Assembly: GCA_964016885.1 (NCBI GenBank)
Contig: OZ024745.1
Coordinates: forward strand, 11,842,001-11,906,000
From: Eledone cirrhosa
Lineage: Eukaryota
Length of the DNA stretch: 64,000 nucleotides
Direction of reading: 5' to 3'
The position numbers and the translations under genes were made by a program. The notes under the pieces are model-generated. The model was not told where the DNA came from. It searched no databases and was given only the letters and a program-made list of their open reading frames with translations. Shown in pieces: positions 52,034 to 64,000 of the stretch (the stretch's first letter is position 1; every line of letters begins with the position of its first letter).

Positions 52034-52415
52034 ATAATTGTTTCTGCTTTAGGCACAAGGCCAGCAATTCACCAGTGCATTACTAGTACTTTATTTTATC
52101 GACCCCGTAAGGATGAAAAGTAAAGTCAACCTCGGCGAGATTTGAACTCAGATCGTAAAGGGACGTAACTATGCTGGAAAGCATGGCGTCCGACCCTCTA
52201 CCGATACTGCCAATCCACCGCCCTTATATAATTGTTTCTACTTTAGGCACAAGGCCAGCAATTATCCAGTACATTACTGGTACTTTATTTTATCGACCCT
52301 TAAGGATGAAAGGCAAAGTCAACCTCGGCGGGATTTGAACTCAGATCGTAAAGGGACGTAACTATGCTGGAAAGCATGGCGTCCGACCCTCTACCGATAC
52401 TGCCAATCCACCGCC
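52034..52415 (-). mobile_element. Tandem dimer of complete Nin/Deu-type SINEs (52034-52222, 52228-52415)
   Basis: Two near-identical reverse-strand copies, each followed by cttatata. Confidence 0.92.
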
Positions 52416-53875
52416 CTTATATAATAATTAATAATATATTGGAGATTTATACAATCAATAATATCGACTCTATTACTTGGTCTGTTCTTTATCTTTATAT
52501 TGTTCCATTAAGTTTCTTTCAGGTAAAATATTTGTTTGTTCTGTGGGGGATTAACGTGATTTCTGGTGGTAGAAAGGTAACCAAGTTAAGCAGGTGGGAA
52601 CTCAACTCCGTACATCAAGCGACATAAAAAAACACAAAATATTTTGTCCGACTTTCCATCAATTTTGTCATCCATCCTCCGATGTAAATATTGGGAATAA
52701 CAAGATCCATTTTAATTTGTTTGTGTTTTAAAAATAAAGCCTATAATATAAAAACTACAGTTATACCAGTATTGTGTATAACTATAGTTTCATTAGCCGC
52801 TATCGAATGTACGTTGTGCAAATTGATTGGTTATTTCATTTAAGTTCTCGTTTGTGTTTTATATAAATAGCGATTTACTCTAAGTTCTTTTCATAAACAG
52901 AATAGTATAGGTGTTTGTCTTCTAATGAACAGCTAGTTGTGAAACATACAAAGCCAATCTGTACATAAAGAGACATTTACTTACGAATATATATTCGAGA
53001 ATTGTGTTTGTATGCGTATCTGTGTATATCTTTGTGTGTATGTGTGTGCATGTGTATGTGTATGTGTAGGTGTGTGTGCGTGTATGTCACATTTCCCAAA
53101 CAAGGATTTGGTCGAATCGAAGCTGCAGTAGAAGACACGTGACTAAACTGCAACGCATTAAGATCAAACATTGAACCGCGTGATTGGGAATCGAACTTAT
53201 TTATGTGATCTCAACTATGTTGCTGGTCTCAGGTGTGTTGTATTGATTGGTGCGCTATTTGTGAGGATTGGATGGTGAAGAAGAGGGAGGGCAAGGTGCA
53301 GAAGAAGAAGAAGAAGAAGAAGAAGAAGAAGAAGAAGAAAAAGCGTTGTAACTACAACAGAAATGTCTTCAGGAAAAATAACAACAACAACATCATCAAA
53401 AATAATTATCAAATGAAAGTCCTTTTTTCTGGTGGGGGCGGGGGTGAATTCTTCTGTAGATAATTGACAGAACCCAATTTCAGATTTGAATTCTTAAAAT
53501 TAATTAAATTCTATTGTGTTGAAGTTGACTCGGGAATAGGTTTTAAATCAGTTCGTTAAAAATGTTTCTTTCTGCCTGAAGGATTAATATTACTGTTTTT
53601 TTGTTGTTTTTCAACAATGTCTGCCAGCGATATGTAAAGCGGCTCCGCTTGTAAGATCCACTAGCAATGAAATTTTATTTATTTTTTCTGAAGCAGATGA
53701 AATATAGGCCATAGTATCAGTGGGAAATATCTCTATATGACATTATAGCTAGTCTCTGTTAGTGAGATGTGGAACAGCAAGTAATATATAAACTATTATA
53801 TAGTGGCATAGTAACATGCTAGGATAGCAGCCAATCCACTCTCAAAATTTCTGTCTTAAAATAAAGAACGATACA

Positions 53876-54001
53876 TGTGAAGGAGTGGCGTGTGTCGTGT
53901 GGCTAGAGTGCCTGGACTCACGATCATAAGGTCGTGAGTTCGATTCACCGACAGGAGAATGCGTGCATTTTTGAGAAAAATACTTTATTTCACGTTGCTC
54001 C
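53876..54001 (+). mobile_element. Diverged CORE-type SINE 5' portion
   Basis: tgtgaagg..gtgagttcgattc..actttatttcacgttgctcc. Confidence 0.7.
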
Positions 54002-54107
54002 TTCTGACAGGAGTTATAACCGGCAGATAGTATGAATACAGCAGATTTCTTCCAGAGAAGGATAGAGAGAGTGAGAAAATGGACGGGAGAAAGAGATATA
54101 TAGGAAG

Positions 54108-54273
54108 AATCGACCCCAATACCCCAATATTTGACTGGTACTTTTTGTTGACCTCGAATAAATAAAAGGAAAAGTTGACCTCGGCGGGATTTGAACTCAA
54201 AGAAAGCAGAAAGCCGAAGGAAATACCACAAATCATTCTATCTGACGTTCTAATGAATCTGCCAATTAGCCGC
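54108..54273 (-). mobile_element. Diverged Nin/Deu-type SINE
   Basis: gactggtactt..aagttgacctcggcgggatttgaactc..tctgccaattagccgc. Confidence 0.75.
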
Positions 54274-55298
54274 AATAACAGCAACAATAACAACAATAAC
54301 AATAGTGTAATGCTACTTATTCTACTTGACAGATAATTTATAATATATAACATACTCCCTTTATAGAAGGTCTTTGCTAGTTTTTCAAGCAATTAATAAC
54401 GATTTGATTCCAATTTTGTCTGGAAAACAATACTATTTGAACTAGTATTGTGTCAGACGTAATAAATCAGACTTCATCTTCAAAGAATTTCTTTTGAATG
54501 ATAGCCAGTGAGGTAGCTACTATGTAGTTGCTCGACCTCCAAAGAATAGCAGTCAAATCTCCTTCAATTCACACCCTGACTTTCTTAAAAGTCTAGAAAT
54601 ACGTAACAATTATCACTTGGAAACCTTTGACCATATATCTACTTTTTTATGACTGATCTATAAACAACTAGTTAAGAGGATACAATTTTAAACCGTACGA
54701 GTGATAGGAGCGTCGAATTCAATACGCCTTGAGTTCCAGTTCAGTGTGCTCTAAGTTCAAATCCTTCCGAAGTCCACTTTGCCTTTTCTTTCGAAGTACC
54801 AGTTTAATACTGGGGACAATTCTTCCATGATTTCTCTACAAAGGTATTGAAAATAATATTGTTAGGAGAATGACAGATATGTAACCCAACATATGTATCC
54901 TTGCCGTCCTCCGGGGAAACGCCTTTTCCATTCTGTCCGCCGGGGCTGTGGGGAGGCCACCTATATGATTGAGTGTGTATGTGTATTGGGAGGGGAAATT
55001 TATAAAGAAATCATTTCTATAAATATATAAAAACAAACAAAAAACGATCACGTGTAACCCAAATAAATAATGTATTAATTGCTAAACTTTGATCTATTTC
55101 TTGTGTTAATATATGTTCTGTGATTATAAATATAAGATGATTGGAAGAAGACCAACAGGATTTACCTCTGAACTCTCACTAATCTGGATATTGGAAAAAC
55201 CCATTTAACACTAAAATATCTGAATGCTTTACTGTTGTATTATCAACTTATATGATTTACCTTATAATATATATTGTCCTGTGTGCTCACTATTTTGA

Positions 55299-55383
<85 letters not shown>

Positions 55384-55501
55384 AATTTTGAGCAAGAAAG
55401 ATGGAACAAAACTTACTCCAATATTTGATTTTAATTTTAAATCTTTAATTTTTAGTTTTTAACTCCTATTAATTCTTTTTAATTTTTTTATTTCAATACT
55501 C

Positions 55502-55549
55502 AACATTTGATAAGATTAATTTTAATAATACATCGAAACCGGTAATACT
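55502..55549 (+). ncRNA. Second, diverged U3-A8 hammerhead motif of the 47.7-kb family
   Basis: CAACAU-UUGAUAA-GAU..AUC-GAAAC-CG-GUA; flanks (ttttaactc.., ..tataaaa) align by eye to 47630-47790; stem I is weak. Confidence 0.5.
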
Positions 55550-55783
55550 TTATATACTTTATATACATTATATACATTATAAAACTTTTTTTTTTAAAGA
55601 ATTGTCCCTCACATTTTTTCAATAATGTCATCTTTTCAATAATGTCACTTTGACGAATCAAAGAAAGGATGAAAATAAAAGAAAAACAGACCATTATATA
55701 TTTCCCGTGCTATTTCCAGCTTCACCTTTTCTCTATATCCACTGTTTCGTATAGAACCTTACTTCCCTTTTCTAATATATATA

Positions 55784-55884
55784 TTGTGATTTGTGTAGAG
55801 ATAAAAAAAAAAGACATCACATATAGGGCTAGCATTAGAGTATCTTTGTATATGGAAACATTACACATAGATAGAAAATAGTAG

Positions 55885-55948
<64 letters not shown>

Positions 55949-56048
55949 CTACTATTTTCTATCTATGTGTAATGTTTCCATATACAAAGATACTCTAATG
56001 CTAGCCCTATATGTGATGTCTTTTTTTTTATCTCTACACAAATCACAA
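55784..56048. repeat. Near-perfect 265-bp palindrome: ~105-bp arms around (TA)28
   Basis: Arms differ only in A10 vs T9 run length. Confidence 0.93.
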
Positions 56049-56899
56049 GGCATTGCAAAGCCTGTTCTTAACAACAACTTTTTCTATGATTAAGCAGAAG
56101 AGACATCTCCCACATAGATCAGTAAAACCTGATTGCTATTTCATTACAGGAAAATATTTAACTATGAACCAGCTATCCAATTGCTTGAATCTCTTTGATA
56201 TTTCGGTTTTAAGATACGCTTCTCAGTGGTGGATGCCAAGCGCCATTGTTATATTCATACAAGCAACACTAAAATATTTTACTGTATCGATCATGAAAAT
56301 TAATCATAGCGACCACCATGCTTTGATATCCCACTGCTTTTCCTTACACTATTTCACCATCTTTCTGTCTCTATCTTTAATGAGTTACACTCATTAAAGA
56401 TTATTCATTAATTCATTTCAAATACGTTTAAAACAGATTATTCTATCTCTGCCATATTGGTTTGTTTTTTCTCTTTTAGTTCTATTTTTATTTTTTATTT
56501 TATTCTATTTATTTATTTATTTTGTTATTTCCCACCATTTCATCTAATTCATCTTACAGCAATCAGTAAGCTATACGTTTCTCTCCTTAGTTTAAAGTCT
56601 TAAATCATACGTTTCTTATCTGCTGGTTTTTCTCCTTTATCCTGTTTCCTTTGTAATTAGTCATCTGCGCCATTTGCAAGACTATTAACATGATAAAAGT
56701 AAACTACATGAATATGTTTGTAACAGCTCAATAGAAATCGAAATAAACTTCCTGTCGTGGTAACTTCATAATTTGACACACGTGAAAAGACAAAACCGGA
56801 AACGATGATTTGAAGTTAAAGTGAGATAAGTGAATATTATTTCTAACATTAGCTTAAGACCAGTAATCTTTTTTTTTATATTGGGTGGGGGGGGGGGGG

Positions 56900-56982
56900 A
56901 ATAATCAATTGTATCGACCCCAGTACTTAATTGGTACTTTTATTTCATCGATCTTTGAAGGATGGAAGACAAAGTTGACCTG
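56900..56982 (-). mobile_element. Partial Nin/Deu-type SINE
   Basis: atcgaccccagtact..tggtacttt..aaggatggaagacaaagttgacct. Confidence 0.65.
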
Positions 56983-57524
56983 ACAGCAACTTTAGACTAG
57001 ATATGTCCAGATAGAAGTATCTATGTACCGTCTAGCTAACGTTACTGGATCAAGTTAATCCGGCAACTTTAGACTTGAGCTGTGTTGATGGAAGTATCTA
57101 TTTACTGTTTACAGAATCCAGAAATAAATTATGTTTTTATGGGATTTATGTTGTAAATATTTAAAACTCTGTCATCTTATCGATCGTTCCGATATTAAGG
57201 ATAAACATTTGAAATCATAAATATCAGCAGGTAAACAAGTTAGAATCTAATTTATATTTTTCTGTCTTAGCTTTGAAATTACAAATATTATTTATTTATG
57301 TCATTCACATAAGTAGAAAGTTATAAATTAGATATATTCAATGGAATCTACTCCCAATACATGCTTGCAACTTAGTGTATCGATTTCGGTGGGAGGAGGG
57401 TTAAATACGAGATCTCGAAAGAATATAAATAAAGATACAAGGGAGGGGGGGGATGAAACAAAACACTGACAGAATTGAAACTGGAACATGTTGTCATGCC
57501 AACCACTTCTTAAGTGATATTATG

Positions 57525-57574
<50 letters not shown>

Positions 57575-58088
57575 GGTGTGTAACGACAGTTACAGGTGCA
57601 GTTCGAAGCACTCAATACTGTTACGAGGTCCCTTTCGTTTGGGTTGTATTATATTTATAATCAAATTGACGCTTTCGGAAATATAAAATACTGCCAGCTC
57701 TATCTACTCCCCACTTCTGACTGGATCAAGATATAGTTGGTGATAGCTACAATTCTAAAACAAGAGAAATCTATTTCGTGCTGTCTTAGAGATAGAGAAG
57801 ATGATACGAGAGTTGCAACGAAGGTAAAAATGTGGATATAATCGAAATTAACTATATATTATTTATTTTATATCACTAGCAACGTGTGTAACATGACAGA
57901 AGATAAAACAAATCAAGCTACAGTTAACGTAAAGCTTGGAGTGAAGTCACACATTGTGCGGAATAGAGAGGCTGTTTAAAAAATATCATTTGAGATATAA
58001 ATATCCCGGAAACTACAAAGTCTAGGACAAGACAGAGTCGGCTTAATGTTGAGTAACATAAGATTTATTCCACATAATTTGTCAACAT

Positions 58089-58270
58089 TTGGCAGTATCG
58101 GTAGAGGGTCGGACGCCATGCTTTGACGCATAGAGTTAAGGCCCTTGCCATTCTGAGTTCAAATCACGCCGAGGTTAACTTTGCCTTTCATCCTTATTGG
58201 GTCGATAAAATAAAGTACCAGTAATACACTGGGTAATTGCTGGCCTTGTGCCAAAAGTAGAAACAATTAT
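58089..58270 (+). mobile_element. Nin/Deu-type SINE
   Basis: Family consensus match. Confidence 0.9.
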
Positions 58271-58304
58271 AACACTAATTCACAATATATAGGGGTAGTT
58301 TTTC

Positions 58305-58615
58305 AGTTATTCCTGAGAGGGTTGTGGGGACAGAGTCCTCAAAGATTCCTTCCTGTGGGTCCTGTCAGAATCAACCATCTTCAACTGATCCGGCTGGATC
58401 ACCAAGCGAGACCAGCCAAGCTCATGGATGTTATTCAAACATCTTGCTCGGGGTCTACCTCTGGGTCATCTGCAGGTTGGTTTTGCCCGTAAAATCTGTT
58501 CAACGATTCTTTCCTGAATCATTCTAGCCCCCATGCCCGTAGTATCGGAGCTGTGATCTCTCATTCGGAGAAATAGCGGCTCTACCTGGGGACTTTGGAG
58601 TAACTTCAAATGAGA
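58305..58615 (-). pseudogene. Decayed 3' end of a second RTE (Rex3-like) LINE
   Basis: Frameshifted translation VEPLFLR.ERSQLRYYGH.ARM..ERIVEQILRAKPTCR*PRGRPRAR..LGWSRL..DR..LRTLSPQP. Confidence 0.75.
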
Positions 58616-58865
58616 TATGTTTTTAACGCTCTGTATATATAGCATAAACTAATCCAAAGATCCGTTCTTCGTGTATTCAACAATATTGGATTATGTTAAG
58701 GTGGTTCATCTTGATCACTCTCTAAAATTATACTCGGTATCTAAAAATATTTCATGTGTAGACCACGAACTGCTTTTGATCCAGAAACCTCCAAAACCAT
58801 TGTTTTTTTATCGACATGTAGTCAGTACTGTATTATCGACATGTCTTAATCCTTTATTGAATATC

Positions 58866-59052
58866 ATTGTTTCTACTCTTGGCACAAAGCCAGCAATTAC
58901 TCAGTGTATTACTGGTACTTTATTTTATCGACCCCCGTTTCAATGAAAGTCAAAGATAACCTCGGCGGGATTTGAACTCAGACATAAAGGGCCGTAACTC
59001 TTTGCTGGAAAGAATGGCGTCCGATATTCTACCGATACTGCCAATCCACCGC
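58866..59052 (-). mobile_element. Nin/Deu-type SINE
   Basis: Reverse-strand family match. Confidence 0.88.
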
Positions 59053-59219
59053 TTTATTGAATATAAAAATAACGACTTAGATAAAATGATATCATTTGTT
59101 CACGATAGACGTCATGAACTGTTGGGTGGGGAGGAGTATATTTTTGAAACTAAAGAAATACAAGTTCAAAATATATAAAATTCTGTGTTGGGTCTGACTT
59201 CAGGCAAGATTCGCTACCA

Positions 59220-62200
59220 TAGAACTACCATACTATCATACTGGCAATGTTGGACAATAGAACTACCATACTATCATACTGTCAATGTTGGACAATAGAA
59301 CTACGATACTATCATACTGTCAATGTTGGACAATAGAACTACCATACTATCATACTGTCAATGTTGGACAATAGAACTACCATACGATCATACTGTCAAT
59401 GTTGGACAATAGAACTACCATACGATCATACTGTCAATGTTGGACAATAGAACTACCATACTATCATACTGTCAATGTTGGACAATAGAACTACCATACG
59501 ATCATACTGTCAATGTTGGACAATAGAACTACCATACGATCATACTGTCAATGTTGGACAATAGAACTACCATACGATCATACTGTCAATGTTGGACAAT
59601 AGAACTACCATACTATCATACTGTCAATGTTGGACAATAGAACTACGATACGATCATACAGTCAATGTTGGATAATAGAACTACCATACTATCATACTGT
59701 CAATGTTGGACAATAGAACTACTATAATATCATACTGTCAATGTTGGACAATAGAACTACTATAATATCATACTGTCAATGTTGGACAATAGAACTACGA
59801 TACGATCATACAGTCAATGTTGGACAATAGAACTACCATACTATCATACTGTCAATGTTGGACAATAGAACTACTATAATATCATACTGTCAATGTTGGA
59901 CAATAGAACTACTATACTATAATACTGTCAATGTTGGACAATAGAACTACCATACGATCATACTGTCAATGTTGGACAATATAACTACCATACTATCATA
60001 CTGTCAATGTTGGACAATAGAACTACTATAATATCATACTGTCAATGTTGGACAATAGAACTACTATACTATCATACTGTCAATATTGGACAATAGAACT
60101 ACTATACTATCATACTGTCAATGTTGGACAATAGAACTACTATACTATAATACTGTCAATGTTGGACAATAGAACTACCATACTATCATACTGTCAATGT
60201 TGGACAATAGAACTACCATACTATCATACTGTCAATGTTCGACAATAGAACTACCGCACTATCATACTGTCAATGTTGGACAATAGAACTATTATACTAT
60301 CATACTGTCAATGTTGGACAATAGAACTACCGCACAATCATACTGTCAATGTTGGACAATAGAACCACTATACTATCATACTGTCAATGTTGGACAATAG
60401 AACTACTATACTATCATACTATTAATGTTGGACAATAGAACTACGATACTATCATACTGTCAATGTTGGACAATAGAACTACCATACTATCATACTGTCA
60501 ATGTTGAACAATAAAACTACCATACTATCATACTGTCAATGTTAGACAATAGAACTACGATACTATCATACTGTCAATGTTGGACAGTAGAACTACCATA
60601 CTATCATACTGTCAATGTTGGAAAATAAAACTACGATACTTTCATACTGTCAATGTTGGAGAATAGAACTACGATACTATAATACTGTCAATGTTGGACA
60701 ATAAAACTAGCATACTATCATACTGTCAATGTTGGACAATAGGACTACGATACTATAATACTGTCAATGTTGGACAATAAAACTAGCATACTATCATACT
60801 GTCAATGTTGCACAATAGAACTACTATACTATCATACTGTCAATGTTGGACAATAGAACTACGATACTATAATACTGTCAATGTTGGACAATAAAACTAG
60901 CATACTATCATACTGTCAATGTTGGACAATAGAACTACTATACTATCATACTGTCAATGTTGGACAATAGAACTACCATACTATCATACTGTCAATGTTG
61001 GACAATAGAACTACCATACTATCATACTGTCAATGTTGGACAATAGAACTACCATACTATCATACTGTCAATGTTGGACAATAGAACTACCATACTATCA
61101 TACTGTCAATGTTGGACAATAGAACTACCATACTATCATACTGTCATTGTTGGACAATAGAACTACCATACTATCATACTGTCAATGTTGGACAATAGAA
61201 CTACCATACTATCATACTGTCAATGTTGGACAATTGAACTACGATACTATCATATTGTCATTGTTGGACAATAGAACTACCATACTATCATACTGTCAAT
61301 GTTGGACAATAGAACTACTATACTATCATACTGTCAATGTTGGACAATAGAACTACGATACTATCATACTGTCAATGTTGGACAATAGAACTACGATACT
61401 ATCATACTGTCAATGTTGGACAATAGAACTACCATACTATCATACTGTCATTGTTGGACAATAGAACTACCATACTATCATACTGTCAATGTTGGACAAT
61501 AGAACTACCATACTATCATACTGTCAATGTTGGACAATAGAACTACTATACTATCATACTGTCAATGTTGGGCAATAGAACTACCATACTATCATACTGG
61601 CAATGTTGGACAATAGAACTACCATACTATCATACTGTCAATGTTGGACAATAGAACTACCATACTATCATACTGTCAATGTTGGACAATAGAACTACCA
61701 TACTATCATACTGTCAATGTTGGAAAATAGAACTACCATACTATCATACTGTCAATGTTGGACAATAGAACTACCATACTATCATACTGTCAATGTTGGA
61801 CAATTGAACTACGATACTATCATACTGTCAATGTTGGACAATAGAACTACGATACTATCATACTGTCAATGTTGGACAATAGAACTACTATAGTATCATA
61901 CTGTCAATGTTGGACAATAGAACTACTATACTATCATACTGTCAATGTTGGACAATAGAACTACGATACTATCATACTGTCATTGTTGGACAATAGAACT
62001 ACGATACTATCATACTGTCAATGTTGGACAATAGAACTACGATACTATCATACTGTCAATGTTGGACAATAGAACTACTATAGTATCATACTGTCAATGT
62101 TGGACAATAGAACTACTATACTATCATACTCTCAATGTTGGACAATAGAACTACTATACTATCATACTCTCAATGTCGGACAATAGAACTACGATACTAT

Positions 62201-62296
62201 CATACTGTCAATGTTGGACAATAGAACTACCATACTATCATACTGTCAATGTTGGACAATAGAACTACTATACTATCATACTGTCAATGTTGGACA
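59220..62296. repeat. 38-bp minisatellite, about 81 copies
   Basis: Unit tagaactac[c/g/t]atactatcatactgtcaatgttggacaa. Confidence 0.97.
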
Positions 62297-62360
62297 TTTT
62301 TGTTGTATTTTGTTATACAAATTATTTTGCAGTTTACGAATTTTATGCTCACTATTGTAC

Positions 62361-62809
62361 ATGTGTGTGTGTGTATGTGTGTGTGCGCGTGTGCGTTATG
62401 TGTGTGCGTGTGCGTCATGTGCCTGTATGTGTGTGCGTGTATGTGCGTGTGTGTGTTTACGCTTGTGTGTATGCGTGTATGTGCGTGTGTGTGTGCGTGT
62501 GCGTGTGTGTGTGTGTATGTGTGTGCGTGTATATGCGTGTGTGTGCGTGTGTGTGTGCGTGTGTGTGTTCGTGTATGTGTGTGTGTGTGCGTGTGTGTGT
62601 GTGCGTGTATGTGCGTGTGTGTGTGCGTGTGTGTGTGCATGTATATGTGTGTGTGTGTTGGTGTGTGTGTATGTGTGTGTGTGTGCGTGTGTGTGTGTTC
62701 GTGTGTGTGTGTTCGTGTATGTGTGTGTCTGTGTGCGTGTGTGTGTGTGTGCGTGTATGTGCGTGTGTGTGTGCGTGTGTGTGTGCATGTATGTGTGTAT
62801 GTGTGTGTA

Positions 62810-62887
<78 letters not shown>
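62361..62887. repeat. (TG)n degenerate microsatellite
   Basis: Direct reading. Confidence 0.95.
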
Positions 62888-62890
<3 letters not shown>

Positions 62891-63074
62891 GTTTCTGTTT
62901 GATAGAACACATTGCAACATATGATAGAAAATGCTGCGAAAAGTTGTGAAGCTGTGTAGAAGGGAGAGAAAGAGAGAAATACTGTGTTACATCACCAACA
63001 CTCTGTATAATTAACTAACATTGAATAAACTATATAACTTGACAACACGACTGTTCATTATAGGGTTGATATTG

Positions 63075-63266
63075 CGCGGTGGATTGGCAGTATCGGTAGA
63101 GAGTCGAACGCCATGATTTGCAGCATAGAGTTACACCCCTTTACGGTCAGAGTTCAAATCCCGCTGAGGTTAACTTTGCTTTTCATCCTGATGCGGTCGA
63201 TAAAATGAAGTACCAGTAATGCACTGGGGAAATTGCTGGCCTTGTGCCAAAAGTAGAAACAATTAT
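63075..63266 (+). mobile_element. Nin/Deu-type SINE with TSD
   Basis: Family match; attatag[g/a]gttgata at 63057-63071 and 63262-63276. Confidence 0.88.
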
Positions 63267-63797
63267 AGAGTTGATAAGGGAGCTCAGTTGATAGACCGTG
63301 TTTCTTTTGGTTCTTCTTTCGAATCACACCAAGGTCAACTTAGTTTTTCATCCTTCCGATGTTGATAAGATAAAATACCAGTCAAATACTGGGGTGGATT
63401 TAACCGGCTTTCTCTCCTCCATCAGTCTAAAAGCTGTTTCTTGTACATCTACCAGAATTAATGTTACTTATCATTTGGATTTGCCATTCTTCTTCGTAGA
63501 CGACGAGTAGGTTGCTGCTACGTTTTAATATTAAACTCTTCAAATACATCGCCTGTTCTCCAGCCAACTTTAAGAATAATTCATGCCAAAGTCCAAATGC
63601 ACCGATTTTTACACAATTTTAGTTTTTTGGGGTATTTTTGTCGTATTGTTAATCTGTGTGCCATATGTCAACGACTTTTATGGATACGATCAATAAAAAC
63701 GCTGAACAACTACAGAAAGTAAATAAATTACAAACCTTGACAGAATCGTTTCAAGTCAAACAAAATTGCTATGTAGAATTGGTTATCATTATTTACA

Positions 63798-63905
63798 TTC
63801 TCAGTTCAAATCCGACCGAGCTCAGCTTTGCTTTTCATCTTTCAGGGAGTCGATACAATAAAGTACCAGTAACGTTCTGGGGTTAATGGAATCGATTAAT
63901 CCCCC
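63798..63905 (+). mobile_element. Diverged partial Nin/Deu-type SINE (another fragment at about 63330-63400)
   Basis: agttcaaatcc..ttttcatctttc..gtcgatacaataaagtaccag..ctggggtt. Confidence 0.65.
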
Positions 63906-64000
63906 TCCCCACCCACACAGACACTCGTTCACCCAAATTTCTCGTCTTGTGATTACGTTAATAATGATTTTTTATCCTCATACATACGTCATATTCCTAG

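Noticed and set aside
54895-54965. GC-rich patch as a LINE 3' end or exon
   Set aside because: Too short, with no convincing motif or splice signals.
38021-62296. Tandem arrays (45, 54, 38 bp) as CRISPR arrays
   Set aside because: Units are contiguous with no unique spacers, there are no cas genes and the context is eukaryotic.

Overview
AT-rich, repeat-saturated eukaryotic DNA with no recognisable host protein-coding gene. The SINE families and microsatellite load suggest an octopod cephalopod; this is inference from pattern recognition only. Positions 1-26.5 kb are a 42-bp satellite (about 630 units, open at the left edge) with nested higher-order duplications; its long ORFs are artefacts of the repeat. 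Next comes an intact-ORF RTE-clade LINE (27057-30374, minus) with a perfect 12-bp TSD, nested inside a SINE that has its own 19-bp TSD. The remainder holds a decayed R4/Dong-like RLE LINE in a (TAA)n tract, RTE and CRE-like fossils, non-autonomous Helitron-like elements, about 15 Nin/Deu-domain SINE copies, CORE-type SINEs, 45-, 54- and 38-bp minisatellites and many microsatellites. The most interesting signal is a set of short, ORF-less inserts sitting in (TA)n tracts that carry minimal type I hammerhead-ribozyme motifs. Two motifs have canonical cores (32300-32342, 47058-47118), and one family has a compensatory U3-A8 core (47.4/47.7 kb and 55.5 kb). Several inserts form head-to-head palindromes with a one-sided tail, which is the architecture of Penelope-like pseudo-LTRs. 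At least seven fold-back palindromes occur in 32-56 kb, including a head-to-head SINE pair. All folds and alignments were done by eye and need computational confirmation.
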